NCBI GenBank assembly: GCA_041690295.1
Contig: JAWLHR010000010.1
Location: 32,001 to 96,000, forward strand
Source of the DNA: Bdellovibrionales bacterium
GTDB taxonomy: Bacteria; Bdellovibrionota; Bdellovibrionia; Bdellovibrionales; UBA1609
Length of the DNA: 64,000 bases
Direction of reading: 5' to 3'
The first letter of the stretch is position 1. Each line of letters begins with the position of its first letter. Under the pieces are notes generated by a model that was not told the DNA's origin, did no database searches, and saw nothing but the letters and a program-made list of their open reading frames with translations. Made by a program: the position numbers and the translations under genes. Shown here in pieces: positions 33,758 through 43,304 of the stretch.

Positions 33758-35368
33758 ATGATGTCTCAGGCGACTTTAAAAGTGAAATTGTTTGACGTGA
33801 ACGGGACACAGGTCATTCCCATCGCCAAATCCAATCTTTCGATCGGTAGTGCGAAACATTGTGATATCGTTTTCGATCATTCTTCGGTTCAGGGCGAACA
33901 TCTTCGCGCCTGGTTCGATGCCGGCCGCATTTGGGTTCAAGACATGGGCAGTTCGAGCGGAACTTACCTGAACGGAATTCGCTTGCCAAGTTTGAAGCCG
34001 ATGCTCGTAAGAGAGCTGGACATTCTAAAAATCGGTGACAATCCCGTGACCGTGGGAATGGAAGCGAATCTGGTTCGTTCTCCCGTCGTTCGCCCGAAAA
34101 TGCCGATCGAAGATCAAGCGCCGGCGGCCGCCAAACCGCCGGCCAAGGATGTTCCCGATGATTCGGAAATCGAGAAGAAACGGGATGAGCTCGCCGGACT
34201 TCGCCGTGAATTGGCGGAGTTGAGATTGCAATTGCAGATCGGCCGGTTGGATAAGGAATCCGAAGACGAAGCTCACCGCAATTTATCGAAAATCCGGAAC
34301 GAGATTCTTTCCCTTCAGGATACGAAAGCGAAACTGGAACGCAACCTGAAGCAAATGGAACAACAAAGGGAAGCCAAGCTGAAAGCCGTGGAAAAAGAAA
34401 TCGCGGAGCGCAAAACATCGGCGATGAATCAGCTTAAAAATTTGCTTGATCATGAAATGAGCAAATTGGCGGAGTGGAAAATGAAGGTGATGGCGGAAAT
34501 CCGCCGTGAGATACATAACATCAGTCAGAGCAAGGCCCGCATCTGGGTCACTCGCCCTCTTTCCCAAGATATGATTTTGGAATGGGAAGCGGATATCCAG
34601 GCGCTGATGCGCCGGGTGCTGCTTGGTGAGTCGCCTGAACAGACCCCCAATGTGGATGCGGGCGGGCCCCCGCAGATTCCATCCACGCCACCGCTTCCCG
34701 CGGACTCCGCTGACACTCCACCGGAGGTCACGCGTTCGCACAAGTCCGTGCGGGTCCGCTCGGGGACGAACAGTCTGACGGCGCTGACGCGAACTCCGGT
34801 TCCCCGCTTAAAGAAGAAGCTTGTCCCCCGTGATCGGGCCGAAACCCTGAAATACACGTTGGTCATCCTGGCCGCGCTCTCACTGGTGGCGGCCGCCATC
34901 TTGTTTAAGAAGGGTCTTGTTCCGGCTCAGGATCGGGAGCCGGCGGCCACGGAATCCAATGAAACCGGAGCGGCACCGAAACATAAATTTGAGCCGCAAC
35001 AGAGTCGAGGCTTCAAAAAATCCTACACGGATAACTTTCTTTACACCGTTGAGTACATTGAAAAAGAATTCGATCCCCGAACCCGCGCGCTTTGGGTGGC
35101 GAAGTTCAATGCGGCCGCCAAGCAGTGGAAGCTGGATGCGAAGACCGTCAGTGCCGTGGCCGAGCGGGAGTGGGCGATGATTCAGGATTTGTTGCGATTG
35201 AGGAACAACATCGATGGCCGATCGGAGAAGCCGGGCATCCAAGCCATGCGTGACAGGGAAGCCCTGTTTTTCGTTGAGGCCGAAAAATTGTTCAGGGCCA
35301 AATCCACGGTCGACAAGTTCAATCGACTGAAGCGCACCTTCTTCTCCTCGGTCCTCGCCAAGAATTAA
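33758..35368 (+). CDS. FHA domain protein with coiled coil, Pro-rich linker, TM helix and exported C-terminal domain
   Basis: IGSAKHCDI..SVQGEH..QDMGSSSGTYLNG; TM LVILAALSLVAAAILF. Confidence 0.8.
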   Translation: MMSQATLKVKLFDVNGTQVIPIAKSNLSIGSAKHCDIVFDHSSVQGEHLRAWFDAGRIWVQDMGSSSGTYLNGIRLPSLKPMLVRELDILKIGDNPVTVGMEANLVRSPVVRPKMPIEDQAPAAAKPPAKDVPDDSEIEKKRDELAGLRRELAELRLQLQIGRLDKESEDEAHRNLSKIRNEILSLQDTKAKLERNLKQMEQQREAKLKAVEKEIAERKTSAMNQLKNLLDHEMSKLAEWKMKVMAEIRREIHNISQSKARIWVTRPLSQDMILEWEADIQALMRRVLLGESPEQTPNVDAGGPPQIPSTPPLPADSADTPPEVTRSHKSVRVRSGTNSLTALTRTPVPRLKKKLVPRDRAETLKYTLVILAALSLVAAAILFKKGLVPAQDREPAATESNETGAAPKHKFEPQQSRGFKKSYTDNFLYTVEYIEKEFDPRTRALWVAKFNAAAKQWKLDAKTVSAVAEREWAMIQDLLRLRNNIDGRSEKPGIQAMRDREALFFVEAEKLFRAKSTVDKFNRLKRTFFSSVLAKN

Positions 35369-35443
35369 GGCGCTCCTGCGTCAATATCTTTCTCCGAGTC
35401 GCGATCTTTACATCACCCGATGGGTGTGAGATGGCTCAATCTA

Positions 35444-36469
35444 ATGAAAATTCTCGTGATTCGCTTTTCGAGCTTCGGTGATGTCCTTCAGACATTGAGC
35501 GTGGCCGGCCGTTTGGGTGAAAGTTGGCCGGAGGCGGAAATTCATTGGGTCACGCGCTCGGAATTCGAACCTCTGATTCGCACTCATCCTTCCGTCAAAA
35601 AAGTTTGGACGCTCAAGCGCGGTGCGGGTTTACGTGAGTTGCTTCAATTGTCGCGTGAACTGAAAAAAGAAAAGTTCACCCATGTCTATGATGCTCATAA
35701 CAATCTGCGAAGCCGGATTCTCGGTTGGCAATTGGGTGGGATCTTGGCTTGGCGTCGTTGGCTGGGCGGCCAACGTTTCTTAAGGCGTTCCATTTATCGC
35801 TTTCGCCGGTTTCTGCTTTTTCGTTTTCGCTACAATCTTTTTCCCAAACCGTTTTCAGGTCAGCGAGCCTTACTGGAGCCCCTGGAGAAATGGGGTGTGC
35901 CGATGACGGCGCCATCCGTTCCCCAGCTCTTTTTTTCCGAAGCCGATTTGGCGAAAACGAAAAGTAAACTTCCGCCGGATTGGACGGACTTTGTCACGCT
36001 CGCGCCTTCAGCGGCTTTTCCGTTGAAGCGTTGGCCGCTGGAATATTGGGCGGAATTGATCCGTCTGGAAAGGGACTCCCGATTCATCATCCTTGGCGGG
36101 CCGGAGGACGGATTTCTCAATGAACTGAATCAAGTGGCGCCGGATCGGGTGTTGAACTACGCCGGAAAACTTTCACTGGAGGAAAGCGCCCATGTGGTGG
36201 CTTTATCGCGCGCTTTGGTTTCAAACGATACGGGACTGATGCATGTGGCGGAGCAGGTGGGGCGACCGTGCCTGGCGCTCATGGGCCCGGCTCCATTCGG
36301 ATTTCCGTCGCGCACGTTGACACGAATTTTTGAATTGGATCTTGAATGTCGCCCTTGCAGCAAGCACGGCCAGGGGCCGTGCGTGAATCCTGAATATCAT
36401 CTGTGCATGCGGGGGATTTCACCTAAGTCGGTCGCCCAGAATTTACGTCAGGTTTTGGACAATGCCTAA
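35444..36469 (+). CDS. Glycosyltransferase family 9 (heptosyltransferase-like)
   Basis: MKILVIRFSSFGDV, KRWP, VSNDTGLMHVA and CRPC. Confidence 0.9.
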   Translation: MKILVIRFSSFGDVLQTLSVAGRLGESWPEAEIHWVTRSEFEPLIRTHPSVKKVWTLKRGAGLRELLQLSRELKKEKFTHVYDAHNNLRSRILGWQLGGILAWRRWLGGQRFLRRSIYRFRRFLLFRFRYNLFPKPFSGQRALLEPLEKWGVPMTAPSVPQLFFSEADLAKTKSKLPPDWTDFVTLAPSAAFPLKRWPLEYWAELIRLERDSRFIILGGPEDGFLNELNQVAPDRVLNYAGKLSLEESAHVVALSRALVSNDTGLMHVAEQVGRPCLALMGPAPFGFPSRTLTRIFELDLECRPCSKHGQGPCVNPEYHLCMRGISPKSVAQNLRQVLDNA

Positions 36470-37952
36470 AAGACTACGCCGATTTTTTTATAAGTACGAA
36501 TTGCGAACTCATTTCCTGTACGCCTTGGCGGCGGGGGCGGTGTTACGTTTCTTCAGCGCCATCTTCGTGTACGGTCCGCAAGCGCTGGATGATTACAAAC
36601 ACGGCGTTTGGCCCGCTTATCAGTTCTTCGCCGGACTTCCGATCGATCTTCCCGAATATCGTAGCCACTTGCTGGTTTGGTTCCTGGGCGTCTTCGTTCA
36701 TGTCGCCTCCTGGTTCGGTTTTGAATCCGCCTTGGCGCAGGTTCGCGCCATGTACTTGGGACTTGGGCTTTCCAGCTTGCTCGCGATTTACGGCACTTAT
36801 CTTTACGTCCGCAATTTTAAATCACGGATATTCGGCGCTTCCGCGCTTTATTTAATGGCGGCGTTTCCGTTGATGCCGTTCATCTCCACCCGCGCCTTCG
36901 GCGAGGCGGTGGCGATGTCACTGGTCGTTCTGGCGTTCGGTTATCTTGAAAGCGCGCGCCGGTCGGATCGCGCCAATTTTCGATACTGGTTCATTGGTTT
37001 CGCTGTTCTCGGATTGGCGACTTTGTTTCGCTTCCATGTCGGTGTTCTTTATCTTTGTTATCTCGGCCTCCTGGTTTGGCGAAAAGAATGGATGGGGGTT
37101 CGGGGCGCGCTCGCGGCGGGTGTGCTGACCACCGGTGCCGCCGCCTTGGTGGACGTCCTCAGCGGGAAGGATCCGCTTGCAACACTTTTTATTTATCTCG
37201 CCGAGAATGAAGGCGGAGGCGCGAAGTACGGCGTCAGTCCCTGGTACAATCCCTGGCTTTTTGTTCTGGGTGTGACGCTGGCTCCGTTTTCTTTTGTGCT
37301 GTGGCGGCAGACGCGCGCTCTCTGGCGTGAGCATTGGCCGATGATCGTGCCGCTTTTGGTGTTCGTAACGGCGCACTCGATCGTGGCCCATAAGGAAGAG
37401 CGCTTCCTTTATCCGATTTTAGGTCTTGAGATCTGGGCCATCGCTTACGTTTGGAGTTCGGGCGCGTTCAACCGGTATGCGCGCCGGATTTACTCCAACG
37501 CGCTATTCGTGATCAGTCTTTTGGTTTTGCCGATCGTTTGTTTTGTCAACACGCAGGAAGGTGAGATCGAGCCACCCGCGGTTTTGGAAAGCCGCTATGG
37601 CGCGGTGGCGTTTTTGGATTATGAATCGTTGTTCGGAAAATCGCGGTTCCAGTTTTATTTCCTGCGGCCGCCGAGCGTGCTCGAGACGATCACGCCCGAG
37701 GAGTTCGTCGCGCCACGGGTGGATCAGGCGTTGAGTGATCACCCGGACGTGGAAGCGGTGGCTTTTTTGACGTCGGATCGCGAGGCGTATGATCGTCTGC
37801 GGGCGCTGGAGCGAATCTCCACATTGGATGGCCGGTGCTTGCAGGTTCAACGTTCCGGATCGATCATGGACCGATTGTTATTCGCCATGAATCCGCGCCA
37901 TAATCAAAGGCGGCGTCCGACCTGGTACTTGGTTTGCGAGCGAATGAGGTGA
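36462..37952 (+). CDS. Polytopic GT-C glycosyltransferase, Alg9/PIG-B (GT22)-like mannosyltransferase
   Basis: About 10 TM helices, first-loop acidic pair QALDDY, EYRS and the HKEERFLYP motif typical of Alg9/PIG-B. Confidence 0.65.
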   Translation: MPKRLRRFFYKYELRTHFLYALAAGAVLRFFSAIFVYGPQALDDYKHGVWPAYQFFAGLPIDLPEYRSHLLVWFLGVFVHVASWFGFESALAQVRAMYLGLGLSSLLAIYGTYLYVRNFKSRIFGASALYLMAAFPLMPFISTRAFGEAVAMSLVVLAFGYLESARRSDRANFRYWFIGFAVLGLATLFRFHVGVLYLCYLGLLVWRKEWMGVRGALAAGVLTTGAAALVDVLSGKDPLATLFIYLAENEGGGAKYGVSPWYNPWLFVLGVTLAPFSFVLWRQTRALWREHWPMIVPLLVFVTAHSIVAHKEERFLYPILGLEIWAIAYVWSSGAFNRYARRIYSNALFVISLLVLPIVCFVNTQEGEIEPPAVLESRYGAVAFLDYESLFGKSRFQFYFLRPPSVLETITPEEFVAPRVDQALSDHPDVEAVAFLTSDREAYDRLRALERISTLDGRCLQVQRSGSIMDRLLFAMNPRHNQRRRPTWYLVCERMR

Positions 37953-37956
37953 GGGA

Positions 37957-38580
37957 GTGGGATTCGCGCTTTACGATTTCATTTTGAAGTTGGACTATGC
38001 GGCTCTGAGGCTCATCAACGTCACTTTGGAAAACGCTTACCTCGATCAGGTCTGGCTCTTCATCACCCAGATGCACAAGTACCGGGTGATGTGGATCATT
38101 CTGGCACTATTGCTGGGCTACGCGGCCTATATATATAGGAGAAGGCTCATCCAGCCCATGCTGGCTTTAACCATCGCGGTGGCCCTCGCCGATACCATCG
38201 CTTATCGCGTGATCAAGCAGGTGGTGGATCGCCCCAGACCGTTTCAGAATGAGGAACTGCGCTGGGTGAGGAAAATCGGTCAGGCTCATGGACCCAGTTT
38301 TCCTTCGAATCACGCGGCCAATTGTTTCGCCGGTGCGATGGTTTTGGCTTGGTATTTTCCGAGTCTCACTATTCCCGTTTACATTTTGGCGGTCTTAGTG
38401 GCGTTCAGCCGTCCGGCATTGGGACTGCATTATCCGTCAGATGTTTTAGCGGGGGCGATTTTAGGAATTTTTGTCGGTTGGTTGGTCATTCGCTTCACAA
38501 TGAAACGCATCCGTCGCGGGAATCGTGATGATGATTCTTGGAATTGGAGATCAAAGTCTCGACGGCTTTCTTCGAATTGA
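37957..38580 (+). CDS. PAP2 family membrane phosphatase
   Basis: KQVVDRPRP, SFPSNH and SRPALGLHYPSDV motifs. Confidence 0.9.
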   Translation: MGFALYDFILKLDYAALRLINVTLENAYLDQVWLFITQMHKYRVMWIILALLLGYAAYIYRRRLIQPMLALTIAVALADTIAYRVIKQVVDRPRPFQNEELRWVRKIGQAHGPSFPSNHAANCFAGAMVLAWYFPSLTIPVYILAVLVAFSRPALGLHYPSDVLAGAILGIFVGWLVIRFTMKRIRRGNRDDDSWNWRSKSRRLSSN

Positions 38581-38669
38581 CGAAATCTTGAACTTTTCTG
38601 AATTTTAGCCGGACGTAGGTCCAGGAACAACCCTTGCATTTCACATCAATCAAGCAAGGGGGCGAGTTT

Positions 38670-39353
38670 ATGAGATCCATTAACTGGTTATGCGGGAGTC
38701 TGATTGCGATCCTCGCAGCCGGTTCCATCGGTTGCGGACAGACATTCCGACCGTTCGCGAATGATGGCGCCAATACCCAATTGGGCGCGGACATCGATGA
38801 AACATTGGCGAAAGCGGAAGAGGCGACCCAGGCCGCGAAGGCGGCGATTGATGAAGCCAATCAACTCATCAGTCAAATCACCGATGATAACGGCAACATC
38901 AATATCGGTTTGTTCACTTCATCCGGATCACAAAAAGTTAGCGCCAACGGCCTCGGCCTTATTGATCCACTGCTTGATGAACTTCGTGAGGTGATCAATA
39001 AAGTTTATGACAAAGCTCTTTTTGTAAAAGAGCAATTAGCCAAGGCCCGTCAGGCTTTGCAGGAGGCTTTGGCCAAGATCGATCAAAGCAATCCCGCCAA
39101 TGCCGGACAGGTCCAGATGATCATGACCCAATTGGCTAAACTGGATCAGTTGGAAGCCCAGTTCTCAAGCTCGATGCATTCGTTGGCTTCGAAACTGGAT
39201 CTGGCGATCGCGGGTCTCGACGGAATCATTCAAGGCGTGATCACCTTCATCCCCGGATGGGGCTCGTTGGTGGGCTTGGCTCTTGACTTCCTCGTGATGA
39301 GCGACGTGAAAGCTCTGATCCTGGAACTTAAGATGAAGTTAATGTCACTATAA
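38670..39353 (+). CDS. Helical lipoprotein (hypothetical) with C-terminal hydrophobic segment
   Basis: Lipobox-like SIGC, a long coiled-coil body and GVITFIPGWGSLVGLALDFLV near the C-terminus. Confidence 0.75.
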   Translation: MRSINWLCGSLIAILAAGSIGCGQTFRPFANDGANTQLGADIDETLAKAEEATQAAKAAIDEANQLISQITDDNGNINIGLFTSSGSQKVSANGLGLIDPLLDELREVINKVYDKALFVKEQLAKARQALQEALAKIDQSNPANAGQVQMIMTQLAKLDQLEAQFSSSMHSLASKLDLAIAGLDGIIQGVITFIPGWGSLVGLALDFLVMSDVKALILELKMKLMSL

Positions 39354-39379
39354 CGAATCGTATAACCATCAACCTCACC

Positions 39380-39409
39380 AGCCCGCTCTTATGTAGCGGG
39401 CTTTTTTTT
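39380..39409 (+). terminator. Intrinsic terminator
   Basis: AGCCCGCT-cttatgt-AGCGGGCT followed by a T-run. Confidence 0.88.
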
Positions 39410-40076
39410 GGCCTCTACACCCCGTCTCATAATAGAACATCCTGGACCGAGACTTGATTTGATTGGGGAATTGCCCGAAAATAAATATAAGGACCGTTGC
39501 TGCGCGAAACCCGCGAATGCGGTATCGGCAGCCTTAGCAAGGAGGGCTGTCTACAACAGGAGTCTTTCCGGCGCCCTGATCCTGAATTCGGGGTATGAGC
39601 CAATCAAGGTTGTGAACTGGAAGAAGGCCATCGTCCTTTGGATCCAGGACAAAGTTGAAGTTCTGGAATTCCATGCTGTTTGCGTTTCATCACCATCCCG
39701 AACATTTCAATTGCCCGCGGTCGTCAGACTTAAGCAATACATTCGCCCGTACCTTTCGCTGACGGTTCGTTTGTCGCGGCAGAATGTTTTTTTGCGCGAC
39801 GGTTACACCTGCCAATATTGCTATAACAAGTTTCCTGAACGGCGATTGACCATCGATCATGTGATTCCGCTCAGTAAAGGCGGCAAACATGAATGGACCA
39901 ATGTGGTTACCGCTTGCTCCAGCTGCAACAACAAAAAGGGTGATAAGACACCCGAGAAGGCGAATCTGCGGCTGCTGAACAAGCCCGAAAAACCGCGCTG
40001 GCTGCCGAATCGGGATCTCGAACTCGAGGATAATCGACTGCCCAGCGCCTGGCGCCCTTATCTCGTGGCGCGCTGA
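39408..40076 (+). CDS. HNH endonuclease (true start uncertain, probably downstream)
   Basis: LILNSGYEP, LPAVVRL, RDGYTCQYC, TIDHVIPLSKGG..W.NVVTACSSCNNKKGDKTP. Confidence 0.85.
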   Translation: MASTPRLIIEHPGPRLDLIGELPENKYKDRCCAKPANAVSAALARRAVYNRSLSGALILNSGYEPIKVVNWKKAIVLWIQDKVEVLEFHAVCVSSPSRTFQLPAVVRLKQYIRPYLSLTVRLSRQNVFLRDGYTCQYCYNKFPERRLTIDHVIPLSKGGKHEWTNVVTACSSCNNKKGDKTPEKANLRLLNKPEKPRWLPNRDLELEDNRLPSAWRPYLVAR

Positions 40077-41449
40077 TACTGATAAAGTCCCCAACGGACA
40101 GCGGGTGGATCATTAGGATCCGAGGAATACATCCAATTCATCCAGTGCCACATCAAATCCTCTAAGGAAAAATCAGATCCTTGGAGATTCAAAATGATAG
40201 ACCGCAGAAGCGGTAGGATTTTGCTCCAGTCCGTGATGGCGGGTGAAATTTGCTGGTAAGCATAAACATTGTTAAGGATCCGGCCGTCCCGAATGGGCGT
40301 ACTCCATTTTTCCCATTCCGGAGTTCCTACTCGGCATGGATTTCGGCTACAGACCGCGTATCCTTCTTCAACGATCACCACACGTTTTTCATAAAGGTCT
40401 TTTAGTTGCTTCAGAATTCCTTGGGCCCCCAAATTCAAATCAAAATCGGGATTGATCCGGGCGTAGACGGCGCGCCAGAAATCAGAACTGAACTCGCCGT
40501 GAAACTGCTCCTGTGAATAATGAGGCATGTGTTCCTGCTCAATCAATCGAACCTGTTGGCCCCTGAAATCGGGCCAGCGAAAACGCAGCAAGGCGGAACG
40601 TTCAGGATCGGTGTTATACACGGTGAAAATCATGGTGAAGAGAGGGCGAACTTCCTGTGGCACGGTGGAATTGATGGTGACAATCGGGAAGGTGTCCGGA
40701 TCGCGTCCAATCCGCCAGAGGATTTGTGTGTGACCAGAGGTCCCATACAAATAAAGGTGATAGCCTCCGGCTAAAACCGCCTCAGGCGTGATCTCCACGG
40801 GATAACTGTCTTCCCAAAGGGTGTGCGTGTAGGTCATATCGAGCAAGTAATCCAGCGCCGCGCGGAACCTCTGGTCTTCATGCCATTCGTCGGCGGTGGG
40901 AAGGGACTTCCACTCTTCACGTAACGAGCGGTGGGTGAAAAGTGGTCCTGAACTGAGACGGCTAGCCATTTCAAGACCATGCATGCGGGCGAAAATCCAG
41001 CGCAGGGCATAGGCCACATCCGCGCAATCCGTGGCGACGCCGTAACGGACCATGAAATCCGTGTCCACTTCACGCTCGATCCACTGAGCAAAGCGGATCT
41101 CCCAATCCCACGTCCATTTTTCTTTCGCTTGCCAAATCACATCTTCCGGATTGTCCGAGCGAAGTTCCCGATCCGTTTTGGGAAGCGCGTGGGAGCGGAT
41201 CAAAGGGCGACCATTTGACCATTCGACGATGGCCTTCCGGGCCGCGCTTTCGGTGGAGAAAATTTCGCGGCGGACCAGTTCGGGCCAGGAATCTTTTCCC
41301 CGTGCGATCTCTTCCAGAATCCAATGACCGCCGCTTTGATAAATCAAAATTCGATGATCGTGATCTTGGCTCGTGTAGGATTCAGCGGCCGAGAGACAGG
41401 TTGCGAACAAAGTCAGAGCGAGCAGGAAAAGTCTTTTGATGTTTCTCAT
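40058..41449 (-). CDS. Secreted hypothetical protein with possible papain-like Cys/His core
   Basis: Signal MRNIKRLFLLALTLFATCLSA; DCADVAYALR and SGHTQIL motifs. Confidence 0.65.
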   Translation of the reverse strand: MRNIKRLFLLALTLFATCLSAAESYTSQDHDHRILIYQSGGHWILEEIARGKDSWPELVRREIFSTESAARKAIVEWSNGRPLIRSHALPKTDRELRSDNPEDVIWQAKEKWTWDWEIRFAQWIEREVDTDFMVRYGVATDCADVAYALRWIFARMHGLEMASRLSSGPLFTHRSLREEWKSLPTADEWHEDQRFRAALDYLLDMTYTHTLWEDSYPVEITPEAVLAGGYHLYLYGTSGHTQILWRIGRDPDTFPIVTINSTVPQEVRPLFTMIFTVYNTDPERSALLRFRWPDFRGQQVRLIEQEHMPHYSQEQFHGEFSSDFWRAVYARINPDFDLNLGAQGILKQLKDLYEKRVVIVEEGYAVCSRNPCRVGTPEWEKWSTPIRDGRILNNVYAYQQISPAITDWSKILPLLRSIILNLQGSDFSLEDLMWHWMNWMYSSDPNDPPAVRWGLYQYQRATR

Positions 41450-41672
41450 AAAATTCAGGCTAAGGAGCCGCGATGTGGGTTGTAAAGCGACTTGGAGCCT
41501 AGGCCTGATGTCACGCCTTTGGCCTAGTCCGCGAAAAAAAACCGCAGGAATATTTTGATACGTGTGGGAATCCGAATCCTTCGTCCGAGGCAAATCTGGA
41601 CCGCGTTCGCTTCAATCCATCGTCAGCGAAACCAGGTTTTGGCACCCCGGCTGCAGTTTTTGATCCGTAATT

Positions 41673-43304
41673 ATGATGGAACTTGCCGTCGTGTTGTACG
41701 CCCTCGTGACTCCTGGACTCGCGGGTCCACTTGGCTGTCCCCATGCTCCCAAAGGCGGTGTATTCACTTATCATCGCGCCGCCGAGCCGCCGTCGTTGAA
41801 TCCGATCGTCGCCGACGGACACTCGTCCGCTGATATTCAATTCCATGTGATCGAACCGCTGTTGATCACCGATTCCGACACATACGAATGGATTCCGGCT
41901 TTGGCCGATCGGTGGCGGCGGCTTCCGGGCGGCCGTGCTTATGAGTTTCACATTCGTCAGGGGGCCAAGTGGAGTGACGGCCGGCCGGTCACGGCCGAAG
42001 ACGTAAAGTTCAGCTTTGACGTGTTATTCAATCCCGCGTTTCCCACGGCGCACATGCGGCCGTATTATGAGAGCATTTCCTCCATTGAAATCGTCGACGC
42101 GCGCACCGTGCGATTTCATGTTCGTGATACGGCTTACGCGAATTTCATTTCCTCGGCGGGACTGCCGATCGTTCCCAAACATATTTACGAAGATCCCCGG
42201 ATCGGACCCAAACTCCATGACCGAATCGTTGGCAGCGGTCCTTATGTTTTCAAAGAGTGGAAAAAAGGTGTGCGCATCGTGCTTTCACGTAATCCGGAAT
42301 GGTGGGGGTTGAAATCACCGGCATACAAGGGAGCTTATAATCCGGACACGATTATTTTTCGCTTCATCGGCAATCCCAATGTCGCCCAGGAAATGTTAAA
42401 ACGCGGGGAAATCGATTTCATGAATCTGTCCGCGGATGAATATGTCAAATCCACCAACTCCCCCGCATGGGGAGTCAAAGTTTTTAAGGCCAAAGTTTCC
42501 AATCTTTATCCGAAGTCATACCAGTTCATCGCTTGGAATCTGGATCGCCCGTTGTTCAAAGACGTGAGAGTGCGAAGGGCTCTCGCGCTTTTGATGGACC
42601 GAGATCTTATCGTAAAAAAATTCAACTTCGGTTTGACCGTTCCGGCCACGGGTCCGTGGTACCGGCAAAGTGTTTTCGCGGACCCATCCGTAAACGAAGT
42701 TCCTTTTGATCCGGCGAAAGCGTTGGCCCTGTTGAAGACGGCGGGATGGGACGACAAAGACGGTGACGGCGTTCTTGAGAAAGATGGCGCGCGGTTGGAG
42801 TTCACCATACTCATGCCATCCAAAGCGGCTGAGCGGTATCTCACGGTTTTTCAGCAGGACGCGCTGAAAGCCGGCGTCGCCGTCCGTCTGAAAGTTATCG
42901 ATGGTTCACAACTCGCGTCCGTGCTCGATCATCGTGACTTCGATGCGGTTCACTTTGATTGGGGCGGCGGACTGGTGGACTTTGATCCCAAATCGATGTG
43001 GCACTCCTCCAGCATCGGGCCGGGTGGCAATAATTTTTCCGGATACAAAAACCCGCGAGTAGACCGTCTGATCGAGTTGGCGCGCCACACATCGGATCGG
43101 TCAAAGCGCATCCCGCTGATGCGCGCGATTTACCGGATGATCGCCAACGACGCGCCGGCGCTGTTTTTATTCAATGAGAATTATTCGTTTTACGCCTATT
43201 CGGATCGCGTCGGCCGTCCCACCGAGACTTACCGGTATGACGTCGGCACCAAATACTGGTGGGTGAAACCGAAAGGAGAAAGCGTTGGTCAAATACATCA
43301 TTAA
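41673..43304 (+). CDS. Peptide ABC transporter substrate-binding protein (SBP family 5)
   Basis: EPPSLNP, WSDGRPVTAEDVKFSF, VGSGPY and FKDVRVRRAL. Confidence 0.92.
   Translation: MMELAVVLYALVTPGLAGPLGCPHAPKGGVFTYHRAAEPPSLNPIVADGHSSADIQFHVIEPLLITDSDTYEWIPALADRWRRLPGGRAYEFHIRQGAKWSDGRPVTAEDVKFSFDVLFNPAFPTAHMRPYYESISSIEIVDARTVRFHVRDTAYANFISSAGLPIVPKHIYEDPRIGPKLHDRIVGSGPYVFKEWKKGVRIVLSRNPEWWGLKSPAYKGAYNPDTIIFRFIGNPNVAQEMLKRGEIDFMNLSADEYVKSTNSPAWGVKVFKAKVSNLYPKSYQFIAWNLDRPLFKDVRVRRALALLMDRDLIVKKFNFGLTVPATGPWYRQSVFADPSVNEVPFDPAKALALLKTAGWDDKDGDGVLEKDGARLEFTILMPSKAAERYLTVFQQDALKAGVAVRLKVIDGSQLASVLDHRDFDAVHFDWGGGLVDFDPKSMWHSSSIGPGGNNFSGYKNPRVDRLIELARHTSDRSKRIPLMRAIYRMIANDAPALFLFNENYSFYAYSDRVGRPTETYRYDVGTKYWWVKPKGESVGQIHH

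Noticed and set aside
39408..40076. HNH as IscB/Cas9-like or HEARO/OMEGA system
   Set aside because: It is too short, with no RuvC motifs or PLMP domain, and there is no CRISPR array or large ncRNA space nearby.
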